Assembly: GCA_965218095.1 (NCBI GenBank)
Contig: OZ244587.1
Location: 576,001-640,000 of the forward strand
DNA from: Candidatus Poribacteria bacterium
GTDB taxonomy: Bacteria > Poribacteria > WGA-4E > PCPOR2b
Direction: 5' to 3'
Length of the DNA stretch: 64,000 nt
A program made the translations under genes and the position numbers. Position 1 is the stretch's first letter. Each line of letters starts with the position of its first letter. The notes beneath the pieces are model-generated. The model ran no database searches. It worked only from the letters and a program-made list of their open reading frames with translations, and had not been told where the DNA came from. Positions 1-8,469 of the stretch are shown here, piece by piece.

Positions 1-64
1 CCACTTCGAGATCCGAAAATTCGACTAATGCCGTATCTGTCTCTGGAAAATACTTCACTTTCAT
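1..64 (-). CDS. DUF2283-like protein, 5' part (runs off window); putative antitoxin partner
   Basis: Hand translation MKVKYFPETDTALVEFSDLEV; its ATG overlaps the TGA of 61..303 (ATGA). Pattern MKxxYxxxxDxxxxxF resembles DUF2283. Confidence 0.6.
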   Translation of the reverse strand, partial: MKVKYFPETDTALVEFSDLEV

Positions 65-303
65 CGATTTCCTCCCTTAAAACTCCTATCGAAAAAGGCA
101 TTATGAACCGTTTCCCCATCTGCGAGTAAAATGACTCTGAGGAACTTATTTTCTTCTTTGATCTTTTTCCACTTTCTTATTCTGCCATCAGACTGAACTT
201 CTGTATGGATGGGATTCTTGATAGTTTCTTCAATCCATTCCATCTTAATTTTGGCACGGTCAGGTCTTTGGCGCATGTGGAGAAAGTATTGGGTCAATTT
301 CAA
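61..303 (-). CDS. Small basic protein, DUF4258/RelE-BrnT-like putative toxin (cassette gene)
   Basis: 80 aa; T-x-H-x-R-x-R start, 'LRVILL..GETVHNAFFDR' end; coupled to the DUF2283-like gene; lies just downstream of attC 332-429. Confidence 0.55.
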   Translation of the reverse strand: MKLTQYFLHMRQRPDRAKIKMEWIEETIKNPIHTEVQSDGRIRKWKKIKEENKFLRVILLADGETVHNAFFDRSFKGGNR

Positions 304-331
304 TTCTTTGCAATAGCCTCCGTCAAATCTC

Positions 332-429
332 TCCTAACGCCAGAGGTGAGCGGCGAGTGACAGGTGTGAGACGCTCGAATTGGAGAAAAAACTGCGCTGT
401 CACCTGCCAGCTTCAGCTCTTTGTTATGT
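332..429 (-). mobile_element. attC site (98 bp)
   Basis: Minus strand ACATAAC...GTTAGGA with internal inverted arms (GTGACAG/CTGTCAC); immediately follows the stop of 431..925. Confidence 0.75.
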
Positions 430-430
430 G

Positions 431-925
431 TTAGTTTGAGTTTAGCCCAAAGGACCGGGTCCCAAGCTTTTTCTTGTACATCTGCTCGTATTTGATCGCT
501 TTCAATTGCGTCAAGTCCTTCGGCAACGTTTGCAAGACCGTGAAGTTGAAATTACGCCCATATTGCGGATCACTTTCGACGAGAACACGAAGCTCTTTAT
601 TGTCACCGTGAACGGTCTTGACGTAACGTCTCCATCTCCCCAACAAGCCGTGCTTCCCACTGGCGGAACCAACATACTGCATTCCCGTCTGGGTATCCAC
701 AATCAAGTACACTGCTGCGACCGCAGACAACATAGTGTGCCATTCCTGATTTGCGACTGGGTTCTCTATAATCTCAACCAACTCATCGAAGGTGAGAACG
801 AAGTCGAGATAACCCGGAAAGGGCTGTACACATCCTGGGGGCAGTACTTGAACAACAGTTTTGTCCGTCAGCCATTGATCCCATCGACGTGACTTGCCCC
901 AAGCAATGACCACGCGGCGTTTCAA
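431..925 (-). pseudogene. GIY-YIG nuclease family protein, N-terminally truncated
   Basis: 'AVYLIVDTQTGMQYVGSASG..GLLGRW', 'E..YKKKLGTRSFGLNSN'; TTG start fused to a half attC. Confidence 0.65.
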
Positions 926-1092
926 ATCCTCAAAATTTCACGCCATCGCCTGCAACGGCTGGTTCGGTGCGTTCACTAGATACTTTGATCAATTGCATGT
1001 TGCCAGCCACTCATTGACCCGTTTTTCGACGTTTAGAATAGCAGGGGCTTTGATTAAGCATGTGTGCCTTCATCGGTGTTTGTTCTATTAAA

Positions 1093-1163
1093 GCATAACG
1101 ATAAAGTTCAGTGGCGGCAATGGAGCGTAGCGGGATTGCCGCCGCTGCAGCGCCTTGTTAGGG
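1093..1163 (-). mobile_element. attC site (71 bp)
   Basis: Minus strand CCCTAAC AAGGC GCTGCAG CGGCGGCAAT..ATTGCCGCCA CTGAAC TTTATC GTTATGC; the REase stop codon TAA lies inside the R'' box. Confidence 0.85.
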
Positions 1164-2111
1164 CGCATTGTATGGCCCAAGGAAACGCGCACCGTTAAAA
1201 TGGATTAGGTGCGATGGGGCATCGGCTACCCACACTTCCGTTTCCCACGCGATTTCGCCGAGATACTGTCCCATGATGACGCGGTTTGGGAAGGCGCTCA
1301 CATAGACCAGCCCAGGTTTTGACCTAGCAAAGAGATTGGTGAGTTCGTCATGCCGCTTGCCATTGACGGGGCCATGACTGGTAACCGACTCAACCAAGAG
1401 CAGCCAATTCTTCTCGGTATAGTGCAGCACCACATCAGGCATCTTGCCGTGTGAATCCACACCGATACCCAGTTCGGCCAGCAGGTCCGCGTCGAAGTAA
1501 CCCCACTTGTCTCCAGTGTCGCCAACATAGACCAGCACGCCACCCGGTGCGAAGCGTGGAGCGAAGTTCTCAATGATGGCTCGAATCAGTTCGCTGTGCT
1601 CGCCGGGGCTAAGAGTGATTCCCTTCCCCGGTGAAATCTCAACCGGAATACGATTCTGCTCCCGCTCCTTGGCATAGCGGGCTACCAGAGTTTCGCGCTC
1701 GGCCAGATAAGCCGTCAGCGCGTCATGCCATGCAGAGGTGTTGAAAGTATGCAGCAGAGCCAGCGCGGCGGGTTCGATTTGATAGACGGCCTTCGGGCTG
1801 TTTACCGGACGGTCCGGCCTGTCCGGGTTGTAAAGTGCGATACCGGCATCGCAGAACTGGTGCATCGTTTGGCGACGAACTGTCTCGCGGGTGTTCGGTG
1901 CATATTCCTTGTCGTAGTGCTCTCGCGCCCAATCTATGATGGGCGTGATGCCTACAAGCGGGTTTTCGGCATCAGCCCAGGCTTTGCCTGGCGTGAGGTT
2001 CAGTAATGCCAGCAAACAGAGAGCGGAGCGCTCGTTCTGTTGCGCCCGTGGCAAACCCAGCGAAATGATGATCTGGTGAGCGGCTTCAATATAATCGTTC
2101 TTGTTGTTCAT
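1158..2111 (-). CDS. Type II restriction endonuclease, BsuBI/PstI family
   Basis: 'YAPNTRETVRRQTMHQF', 'HGKMPDVV...LVESVTSHGP', 'EIAWETEVWVADAPSHLIHFNG'; overlaps the MTase stop. Confidence 0.9.
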   Translation of the reverse strand: MNNKNDYIEAAHQIIISLGLPRAQQNERSALCLLALLNLTPGKAWADAENPLVGITPIIDWAREHYDKEYAPNTRETVRRQTMHQFCDAGIALYNPDRPDRPVNSPKAVYQIEPAALALLHTFNTSAWHDALTAYLAERETLVARYAKEREQNRIPVEISPGKGITLSPGEHSELIRAIIENFAPRFAPGGVLVYVGDTGDKWGYFDADLLAELGIGVDSHGKMPDVVLHYTEKNWLLLVESVTSHGPVNGKRHDELTNLFARSKPGLVYVSAFPNRVIMGQYLGEIAWETEVWVADAPSHLIHFNGARFLGPYNAP

Positions 2112-3589
2112 TCGGCTAAAGTCCCTAGCTTGGCGTCAATCATGGTCTGCGTGAGTTCTCCTTGTTGCACGGCCCATTTGCCAATTTCAATGAGAGCGTC
2201 ACGGCTCGGGTACTTCATAAGTTTGAGGTCGGTAGCATTGACTTGCGTGTGACCGCTGAAGCATCGGTAATATTCATCAACGGCAGTTGAATTGAGGAAC
2301 ACGGCCAGCCCACGCGCCAACGCCTGTGGCAAGCCGCGCTTGTTCTCGTGGAAAAAATTTAAGTGGTTCTCAAAGCCCAGCATGGGTGCGTTATCGAGTG
2401 CGCTAGGGTCAACCACGCTCGCCACGATTCGGCGTCTCTCCTCCTTGGACGTGAAGCGCCGCACCACGCAATAAAAGCCGCTCGGATATAGCCATTTTTC
2501 GGTATCACCGTTGCGCAGGATAGCGTTTGGCTTCTTCCTACCGGCAACCGGCCATTTGGCGCCAATGCCGCTGAAATGGCACGGATAGAGCAAAGGCACG
2601 GAACCCGCCTCCGGCATGTCGCGCAAGTGCTCTTTCAGCCGGAAATCGATTACTGGGCCAGTCGAAACATTGATGCCAAGATCGGCCAGCGCGTAGCGGA
2701 TGATCGGAGCTAGTTCGATGGTGCTTTCGGGCGATAATGGCACACGGATAAATTGCTCCGAGTCATCCGGGAAAACGATCTGATCGAACGAGTATTTGTG
2801 GGTGGTAAGGTTGGTGAAGGTGTCATCGGCCGAAGTGGAAACTGTTACCGGGCCTTGTTGTCCACTACGCTCAAGTCGGATAATAATGTTCTCTTGCAAC
2901 ACTTTATCATCCTTGAATGTTTTGTTACGAGACTCGAAAAGATGCACGTGCCGGATGGCTGCACGCTCAAGGATGAAGTCACGAAACGGGCGGTAATACG
3001 GTCCATTACAGAAACTGCGCGGAATGATTGCCACGATTTGCCCGCCCGGCGCGGCTAGCGCGACAGCTAGCGCCACAAAAGCCGAATACAGATTCACCGT
3101 CTCGACGCCAACACGGCGTAAGGCTAAACGGTGCGATGAATTACTATTGATCTTTTTGTAAGGTGGGTTAAGGATGGCGTGAGTATATTTTTGGAGTTCT
3201 TCGGCGAAAAGGCTTCCAGAAAGCCAATCTACGGCGGCGTGTATAAAATCGACCTTTCGGATTGTCGGAATAAACTCTGGATTATTTCTGTATTTTTCCA
3301 ATGTTTGATTCAAATAGGAATGCAGAGAATCGTCAATCTCGAAAGCATCTAGCTCTACACGCTGAAAGTTAAAACCAGCGGCATCCCACCTTTCCAAGAA
3401 AGCGGCAGAAAGCGAGCCAATTCCGGCTCCCGCATCAAGCAAGCGACAACTGCCTTTGCCGTCGGGGAAAAGACTGGCCATGAAAGCCGCAGTTCTTGCT
3501 GATGTAAGAAACTGGCCGAACTGCGATTTTTTCTTCGCTTCGGTGTTCTTTGATAACCGCAATCTGGTTTGTTCAACCGTTGACAACAT
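2108..3589 (-). CDS. N6-adenine DNA methyltransferase (BsuBI/PstI, Eco57I-like)
   Basis: GQFLT, LDAGAGIG (motif I), NPPY (motif IV), 'FSGHTQVNATDL'. Confidence 0.9.
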   Translation of the reverse strand: MLSTVEQTRLRLSKNTEAKKKSQFGQFLTSARTAAFMASLFPDGKGSCRLLDAGAGIGSLSAAFLERWDAAGFNFQRVELDAFEIDDSLHSYLNQTLEKYRNNPEFIPTIRKVDFIHAAVDWLSGSLFAEELQKYTHAILNPPYKKINSNSSHRLALRRVGVETVNLYSAFVALAVALAAPGGQIVAIIPRSFCNGPYYRPFRDFILERAAIRHVHLFESRNKTFKDDKVLQENIIIRLERSGQQGPVTVSTSADDTFTNLTTHKYSFDQIVFPDDSEQFIRVPLSPESTIELAPIIRYALADLGINVSTGPVIDFRLKEHLRDMPEAGSVPLLYPCHFSGIGAKWPVAGRKKPNAILRNGDTEKWLYPSGFYCVVRRFTSKEERRRIVASVVDPSALDNAPMLGFENHLNFFHENKRGLPQALARGLAVFLNSTAVDEYYRCFSGHTQVNATDLKLMKYPSRDALIEIGKWAVQQGELTQTMIDAKLGTLAE

Positions 3590-3604
3590 GATGCACCTCC
3601 TTTT

Positions 3605-3671
3605 TGCGCCCTAACATAATATTAGCCAATACTTCTGTGCTTAATATATACTATCGTCAGGAAAAAGGCAA
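3605..3671 (-). promoter_or_regulatory. attI-like junction (GCTAATATTAT-GTTAGGG) with upstream sigma70 cassette promoter
   Basis: GTTAGGGCGCA at 3615-3605 has no attC hairpin upstream; TTGCCT-N17-TATATT at 3671-3643 points into the array. Confidence 0.55.
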
Positions 3672-3784
3672 CAGAAAAAAGCGTGAGAAAACACTTGTCC
3701 AGTGTTGATGTCACTCTTAATGATGGAACCGATTTGGTTTCTGATGAAACGTGGCAGGTGGATGCTGGCGCCCCGATTGCAGGT

Positions 3785-3838
3785 GGGAGGGTAAGGCTCC
3801 CGCCAAACCTTTAGCTCCGCGGGAGCGTCGCCCTCCCA
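3785..3838. repeat. REP/REPIN-like inverted repeat
   Basis: TGGGAGGG..GCTCCCGC ... GCGGGAGC..CCCTCCCA. Confidence 0.5.
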
Positions 3839-3911
3839 CGGCGCGGCGAGGAATCAATTGTCGTACATTTTCTCCATAGACCCCCTGAACAGTTACGTTT
3901 CGGGATTGTCC

Positions 3912-5039
3912 TTACGTCGTCAGCAATTCCCGCAACCGATTGGAGACAACCTGCATATCATTGTCAATCAGGTTCGACACAGCGATGTGCAGGGAACCAT
4001 TACCGCCGTGCAAGCAGATACTTGGATCGCCGTCGAGTAATGTCTCTGAAATTTGTTCAGCGGTCTTGCCCAACCCACCTTCATCCAGTGTAATCTGCAG
4101 CCCATTTCCGAGTGTGTGTTCATCTAAGACCGTCGAGCAGGTGATATGGGGAACACCGTCCAGAGCATCCTGAATGGCTTGCGCTTTCTGCTGATGTTCC
4201 GCGATCCGCGCCTCGTGATCCATGCCAAACCACTCGCGCAAAGCCGCGACAACAGCAATAATCTCCTGACGGTCCAGTTTCAGTGGCCTGCCGACACAGC
4301 GCGACTCCTGGGTTTCATAGCCGATGAAGCTGTGCAGAAAGGCAGAATCCACCAAATCCTTGCGCCCGCACAGTACCCCCGTCGAATTGCACGCGCCGAA
4401 GTATTTCGCGCCGTAGCCGATAAGATCAGCGCCCGCCTCTGGATAGCGGCGCATCTGCTCCAAGGGATAGACCTGACTTGCCGCATCAACGATCACAGGA
4501 ATATCATGCGCTTTGCCGATGGTCAAAACCTCATCCAGCGGCACAACGCCCGCGTCGTTTCCGGGCGCAACGTAGTGGATGGCGGCAGTTTTGTCCGTGA
4601 TGGCGGCCTCTACTTGATCGGCGGTGGTATACTCATCGCCTGCCTCGATTATTTTTGCCCCGAAGATGGTCAGACACCGGTCGTAGTGGTATCGCTGGGA
4701 TTTTTGAATGACGATTTCATCTTTCATCCCTGTCGTATCCGGCAGTTGCTGAATTTTCTCCGGATCGCTTCCGGTCATACACGCCGCTGAACTCAGCGCA
4801 AGGGCTGCGGCACAGCCGGGTGTCACCAGAGCTCCCTCGGCGCCCAGAATCCCGGCGATAACATCACCCGATTTCTTCAGCAGTTCTTCCATGTCCGCGA
4901 AGTATCGGCTCGCGTGATTCATTGCTGCCTGAACCCCTGGTGAAGGTCTTGAGCCGCCGAGCACTGTCTTAAACCCTATAGCGTTGATGACAGGCTTCAC
5001 GCCTAACTCCTGGTAAACTCTAAGTCCATCTTGATTCAT
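3912..5039 (-). CDS. SelA-like/DgaE-family PLP-dependent enzyme
   Basis: 'LGVKPVINA', 'PVIVDAA', 'YGAKYFG' PLP lysine, 'GRPLKLDRQEI'. Confidence 0.8.
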   Translation of the reverse strand: MNQDGLRVYQELGVKPVINAIGFKTVLGGSRPSPGVQAAMNHASRYFADMEELLKKSGDVIAGILGAEGALVTPGCAAALALSSAACMTGSDPEKIQQLPDTTGMKDEIVIQKSQRYHYDRCLTIFGAKIIEAGDEYTTADQVEAAITDKTAAIHYVAPGNDAGVVPLDEVLTIGKAHDIPVIVDAASQVYPLEQMRRYPEAGADLIGYGAKYFGACNSTGVLCGRKDLVDSAFLHSFIGYETQESRCVGRPLKLDRQEIIAVVAALREWFGMDHEARIAEHQQKAQAIQDALDGVPHITCSTVLDEHTLGNGLQITLDEGGLGKTAEQISETLLDGDPSICLHGGNGSLHIAVSNLIDNDMQVVSNRLRELLTT

Positions 5040-6123
5040 TGTTATCTTCCTTGCCCTGTATTAACAGGGGAATAAATTTATGGTTGGAACGTGGAAAAGG
5101 AAATTGATCAATCTGATCAACCGTAATCCAGCGATAATCTACCGGATCGTTCAAAGCCACTTCACCAGACTGATAACGACAACAAAAAACATCCATCACA
5201 ATCTTAAAGTGTGTGTAGGCATGCTTGACGCGGGTGAGGTATTCGGTGGGTTCAACCAAAAGGTTCACTTCTTCTCGAATTATTCGGCAACAAGCCTGTT
5301 CAGCGGTTTCGTCCGCCTTAATTTCGCCGCTAGGGAATTCCCATAACCCTCCGAGTAAGCCATCAGGTTTGCGTTGGGTGATTAAAATCTGGTCGTCTTT
5401 GTAGGCGATCCCCGCGACGATATGATACTCTGGAATCGGTTTGGATTTCCGATGGGTCGGAAATTCATCCTGTCGGGCAGTCTGAGAGGCGCGACAGAGT
5501 GTGTTCACCGGACAGACGATACAGGTCGGAGAATTCGGGCGGCAGACGGTCGCCCCCAACTCCATCATCGCCTGATTAAAAATTCCCGGCGCGTTGTGGT
5601 CTAATAGCAAATCCGCCTTTTCTCGAAAAATCGTCCTAGACGCCGATTGATTGACCGGTGAATGGATGAGAAATAGCCGTGCCAGCACACGTTTGACATT
5701 TCCATCTACGACGGCGTAAGGAAGATTAAGCACGATGCTCTGTACCGCCGCGGCGATGTACTCCCCCACGCCAGGCAACTTTCGGAACGTGGCATAATCC
5801 GCCGGTATCTCTCCCCCAAACTCCTGCGCGACAACTTTGGTGGCTTTGTGTAGATTCCGCGCTCTGGCATAGTATCCTAATCCTTCCCAAGTTTTCAGCA
5901 CGTCCTGCAAATCCGCCTCTGCCAAACTTTGAGCATCGGGGAACTTGTCCACAAATTTCTGGTAATATTCCAGCACTTTTTTGACCTGCGTCTGCTGAAG
6001 CATCACCTCGGAGACCCAGATGCAGTAAAGATCTTTGGTTTCGCGCCAGGGGAGTTTTCGATGATGGATCTCGAACCATTGCAGCAGATTTTTGCGAAAT
6101 TGTGCAATGTTTTTTGAAGTCAT
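5020..6123 (-). CDS. mutY: A/G-specific adenine glycosylase
   Basis: 'WVSEVMLQQTQV', 'WEGLGYYARARN', HhH-GPD, CxxxxxxCxxCxxxxxC cluster, NUDIX-like C-terminus. Confidence 0.95.
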   Translation of the reverse strand: MTSKNIAQFRKNLLQWFEIHHRKLPWRETKDLYCIWVSEVMLQQTQVKKVLEYYQKFVDKFPDAQSLAEADLQDVLKTWEGLGYYARARNLHKATKVVAQEFGGEIPADYATFRKLPGVGEYIAAAVQSIVLNLPYAVVDGNVKRVLARLFLIHSPVNQSASRTIFREKADLLLDHNAPGIFNQAMMELGATVCRPNSPTCIVCPVNTLCRASQTARQDEFPTHRKSKPIPEYHIVAGIAYKDDQILITQRKPDGLLGGLWEFPSGEIKADETAEQACCRIIREEVNLLVEPTEYLTRVKHAYTHFKIVMDVFCCRYQSGEVALNDPVDYRWITVDQIDQFPFPRSNHKFIPLLIQGKEDNNESRWT

Positions 6124-6202
6124 AGTCAGTTAAGCAACTTTCAGTATTAAAGTTTATCTTCTGAAGTGCCCCTTCGGCTGAGCTCACTCGACCGTAAATT
6201 GA

Positions 6203-7198
6203 CTACACATGAAACTCCAGAACATCCTCATCGTGAACAACGTCATCCCGGCTAACGGGTTGCCCATCATACCAGTTGGGTCCCCAGATTCGCGCGGACT
6301 TAAAGTCCTCGGCGAAATCCTTGTGCAATGCTCTGGCTGCATCAATCACCGTGCTGCTGATTGGCAGCACGATTGGATCTTCGTAATCGACGGGTTTGCC
6401 GGGGGATTTCGTGTAAACGCGCAAAATATTCAACTGCTCGTATATTGTTTTCTGCAACCGATCAAGCCCTTCGCCGGTGATGGTGGAAAGTGGGTAGATC
6501 TGGAAATCGTCAGCGTAGAACTCGCACAAAATCTCCAGTCGATCCGCGGCGCCACCTTCATCCGCTTGGTTCGCAATAATCCAGACTGTTTTGGTGAAAT
6601 TTGCACTGAACCCTTCATCAGCATCGTCTAACCTCCCCGCTACCCCTTCGATCTGAATCTTTGCTTCAGCTAATTTCGATTTGACGATTTCAACCTGATC
6701 GAGGACTTCATCGCTTGCAAGGCTGACAACCAGAAACACGAGATCTGCATTTCTAACGAGATCGAACACCCAGGGCTGGACGAAGTCCGGTGTGATGGGC
6801 GGCGTGTCGACCAACTGAAATTGGATATTCTCGTAAACCAGCATACCAACGACAGGTTCCTGCGTCGTATACGGCGTGGGTGAGACAGCGGGTTTAGCCT
6901 TCGTAAAGCTGGCGACAATCTGTGATTTGCCGACATTCGGAGTACCAATCAGCACGAGTTGTCCGGCGCCCTGTTTCGGTATATGATAACTGTGTCCCTT
7001 CCTCGACTGCTTTTTCCCGGCAGTTTTCTGCAGCTTTGCGATTCGTGACCGAAGGTCCGCCCTAACCTTTTCCGTCCCCTTATGCTTTGGCGTGATCCGC
7101 GTCATCTCCTCTAACAGTTGGAGTCGCTCGTCGTCAGTCCTCGCCGATTCCAGTTCATGCTTGAGTTTATAATATTCAGGAGGAAGATTTGCTGGCAT
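6203..7198 (-). CDS. DRG/OBG-family GTPase with TGS domain
   Basis: 'MPANLPPEY', 'PKHKGTEK', GTPNVGKS, PYTT, DTP, C-terminal TGS 'LHKDF...DEDVLEFH'. Confidence 0.85.
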   Translation of the reverse strand: MPANLPPEYYKLKHELESARTDDERLQLLEEMTRITPKHKGTEKVRADLRSRIAKLQKTAGKKQSRKGHSYHIPKQGAGQLVLIGTPNVGKSQIVASFTKAKPAVSPTPYTTQEPVVGMLVYENIQFQLVDTPPITPDFVQPWVFDLVRNADLVFLVVSLASDEVLDQVEIVKSKLAEAKIQIEGVAGRLDDADEGFSANFTKTVWIIANQADEGGAADRLEILCEFYADDFQIYPLSTITGEGLDRLQKTIYEQLNILRVYTKSPGKPVDYEDPIVLPISSTVIDAARALHKDFAEDFKSARIWGPNWYDGQPVSRDDVVHDEDVLEFHV

Positions 7199-7312
7199 AG
7201 TAACAACCTCCGTTCGTATTGCGTGATGCGTATCTAACAGAATCAGCCAATCACCAAAACAGGAATAGTGCTAACTCCACAGCATCACGTATTACGCGTT
7301 ATATTTTACGTT

Positions 7313-8203
7313 TCATGCATCACGTCTCGGTTTCAGTCTGCCGTCGTGCGCAATTGGGTCTTCCCCGATCCACCGCTGGTCAACCGGCTCGGATGCCAAC
7401 TGATACCGTGTATCCGAGGTAATGCGGATGCGATTCACCGGCGAACAGTTATCGAGCGAACAGTGCATGGTGTACATGGTAAACATCAGCATGTCGCCCA
7501 CCTTGAAGTCCGTGGTGAGCCACCTGCTCCCAAACCTCTCCTGCACTTCTAGCGGGTTTCTGCTGAACCAGCCACCGGCATAAGGTCCATCGACATCGCG
7601 GTCAACATCCATCGCGCCATAAGTGTTTTTCAATGCCTCCAACTTGTGGGAATTTTCCAAAATCAGGAGCGTACCTTCGATCTTCAGCACGTCGCCGATA
7701 GGAATCCAGGTCGTGTACAGATTCTGCGTGCCGCGTCCCATGTACACCCAGTCGTAATGCGAGCCCGTCGCCCCGCCGACCTTCACGGTGCGAAGCCAGA
7801 TATAATCGAGCGATCGGACTTCACCGCCAAGGAATTTTTCGTAAAACCGGATCACATTTCCGCGATGCACAAGTGCGCGTATGGCTTCTCCTACACGGAG
7901 GTCTTTGTTAAACTGTTTGATGTCAACCCGTCGCCTCTCGGACTGACCGGACGCAATGCCCTCGATTAAGGGATGGTTAGTTGTGTCAATTTCTCCAATG
8001 GAAGCGAGTTTTTCTAAGATTTCGCGCCGCGCTGCCATAACGACTTCCTGATTAAGCACGTCACGCATGAACAGATAGCCGTCTTCTGCCATTCTTTGGC
8101 GTAATGCTCTCACATCGTCCAGAATATCGTTGGAGGCTCGCAGTTCGCCAAATTTTTCGGGACGGGTATCCAGTTCATAACCAAATGAAGTGAAGGAACT
8201 CAA
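7313..8203 (-). CDS. Phytanoyl-CoA dioxygenase (PhyH) family protein
   Basis: HxD 'GSHYDW', 'WIPIGD', 'ENSH', 'TMH..LDN', 'SDTRYQ'. Confidence 0.85.
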   Translation of the reverse strand: MSSFTSFGYELDTRPEKFGELRASNDILDDVRALRQRMAEDGYLFMRDVLNQEVVMAARREILEKLASIGEIDTTNHPLIEGIASGQSERRRVDIKQFNKDLRVGEAIRALVHRGNVIRFYEKFLGGEVRSLDYIWLRTVKVGGATGSHYDWVYMGRGTQNLYTTWIPIGDVLKIEGTLLILENSHKLEALKNTYGAMDVDRDVDGPYAGGWFSRNPLEVQERFGSRWLTTDFKVGDMLMFTMYTMHCSLDNCSPVNRIRITSDTRYQLASEPVDQRWIGEDPIAHDGRLKPRRDA

Positions 8204-8301
8204 AATACAGTCTCCTAAGCAAGTGGAACACGGGGTTGATGGTCATTCCAAACGACTGAAAGAAAATCTTCCCGTTTCCCGTAAATACCGGAAGCTTATA
8301 G

Positions 8302-8456
8302 CTTGACTTTGTTACATTCGTCCCCCGGCCCCGAATTCCCCGATGGGATCGGGACAGGCTGGGGGAGTTTGTGCGATTCTCCCCTTGGAGACGGGGCCGG
8401 GGAGGCAAGCCAACAGTGGATCTGCCGATGAGATCTTTTAATCTAACAAAGTCAAG
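8302..8456. mobile_element. MITE-like element, family A (155 bp)
   Basis: 17-bp TIRs CTTGACTTTGTTACATT / AATCTAACAAAGTCAAG (1 mismatch); GC-rich internal palindrome; related copies at 9703, 18221, 25958 and 47387. Confidence 0.65.
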
Positions 8457-8469
8457 ATAGACCTATGAC

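Noticed and set aside
3672-3911. Integron integrase upstream of the array
   Set aside because: Only ~240 bp containing repeats; no tyrosine recombinase motifs
3912-5039. Selenocysteine synthase selA
   Set aside because: Short (375 aa), lacks the SelA N-terminal domain, no selB/selC adjacent; fits SelA-like lyases
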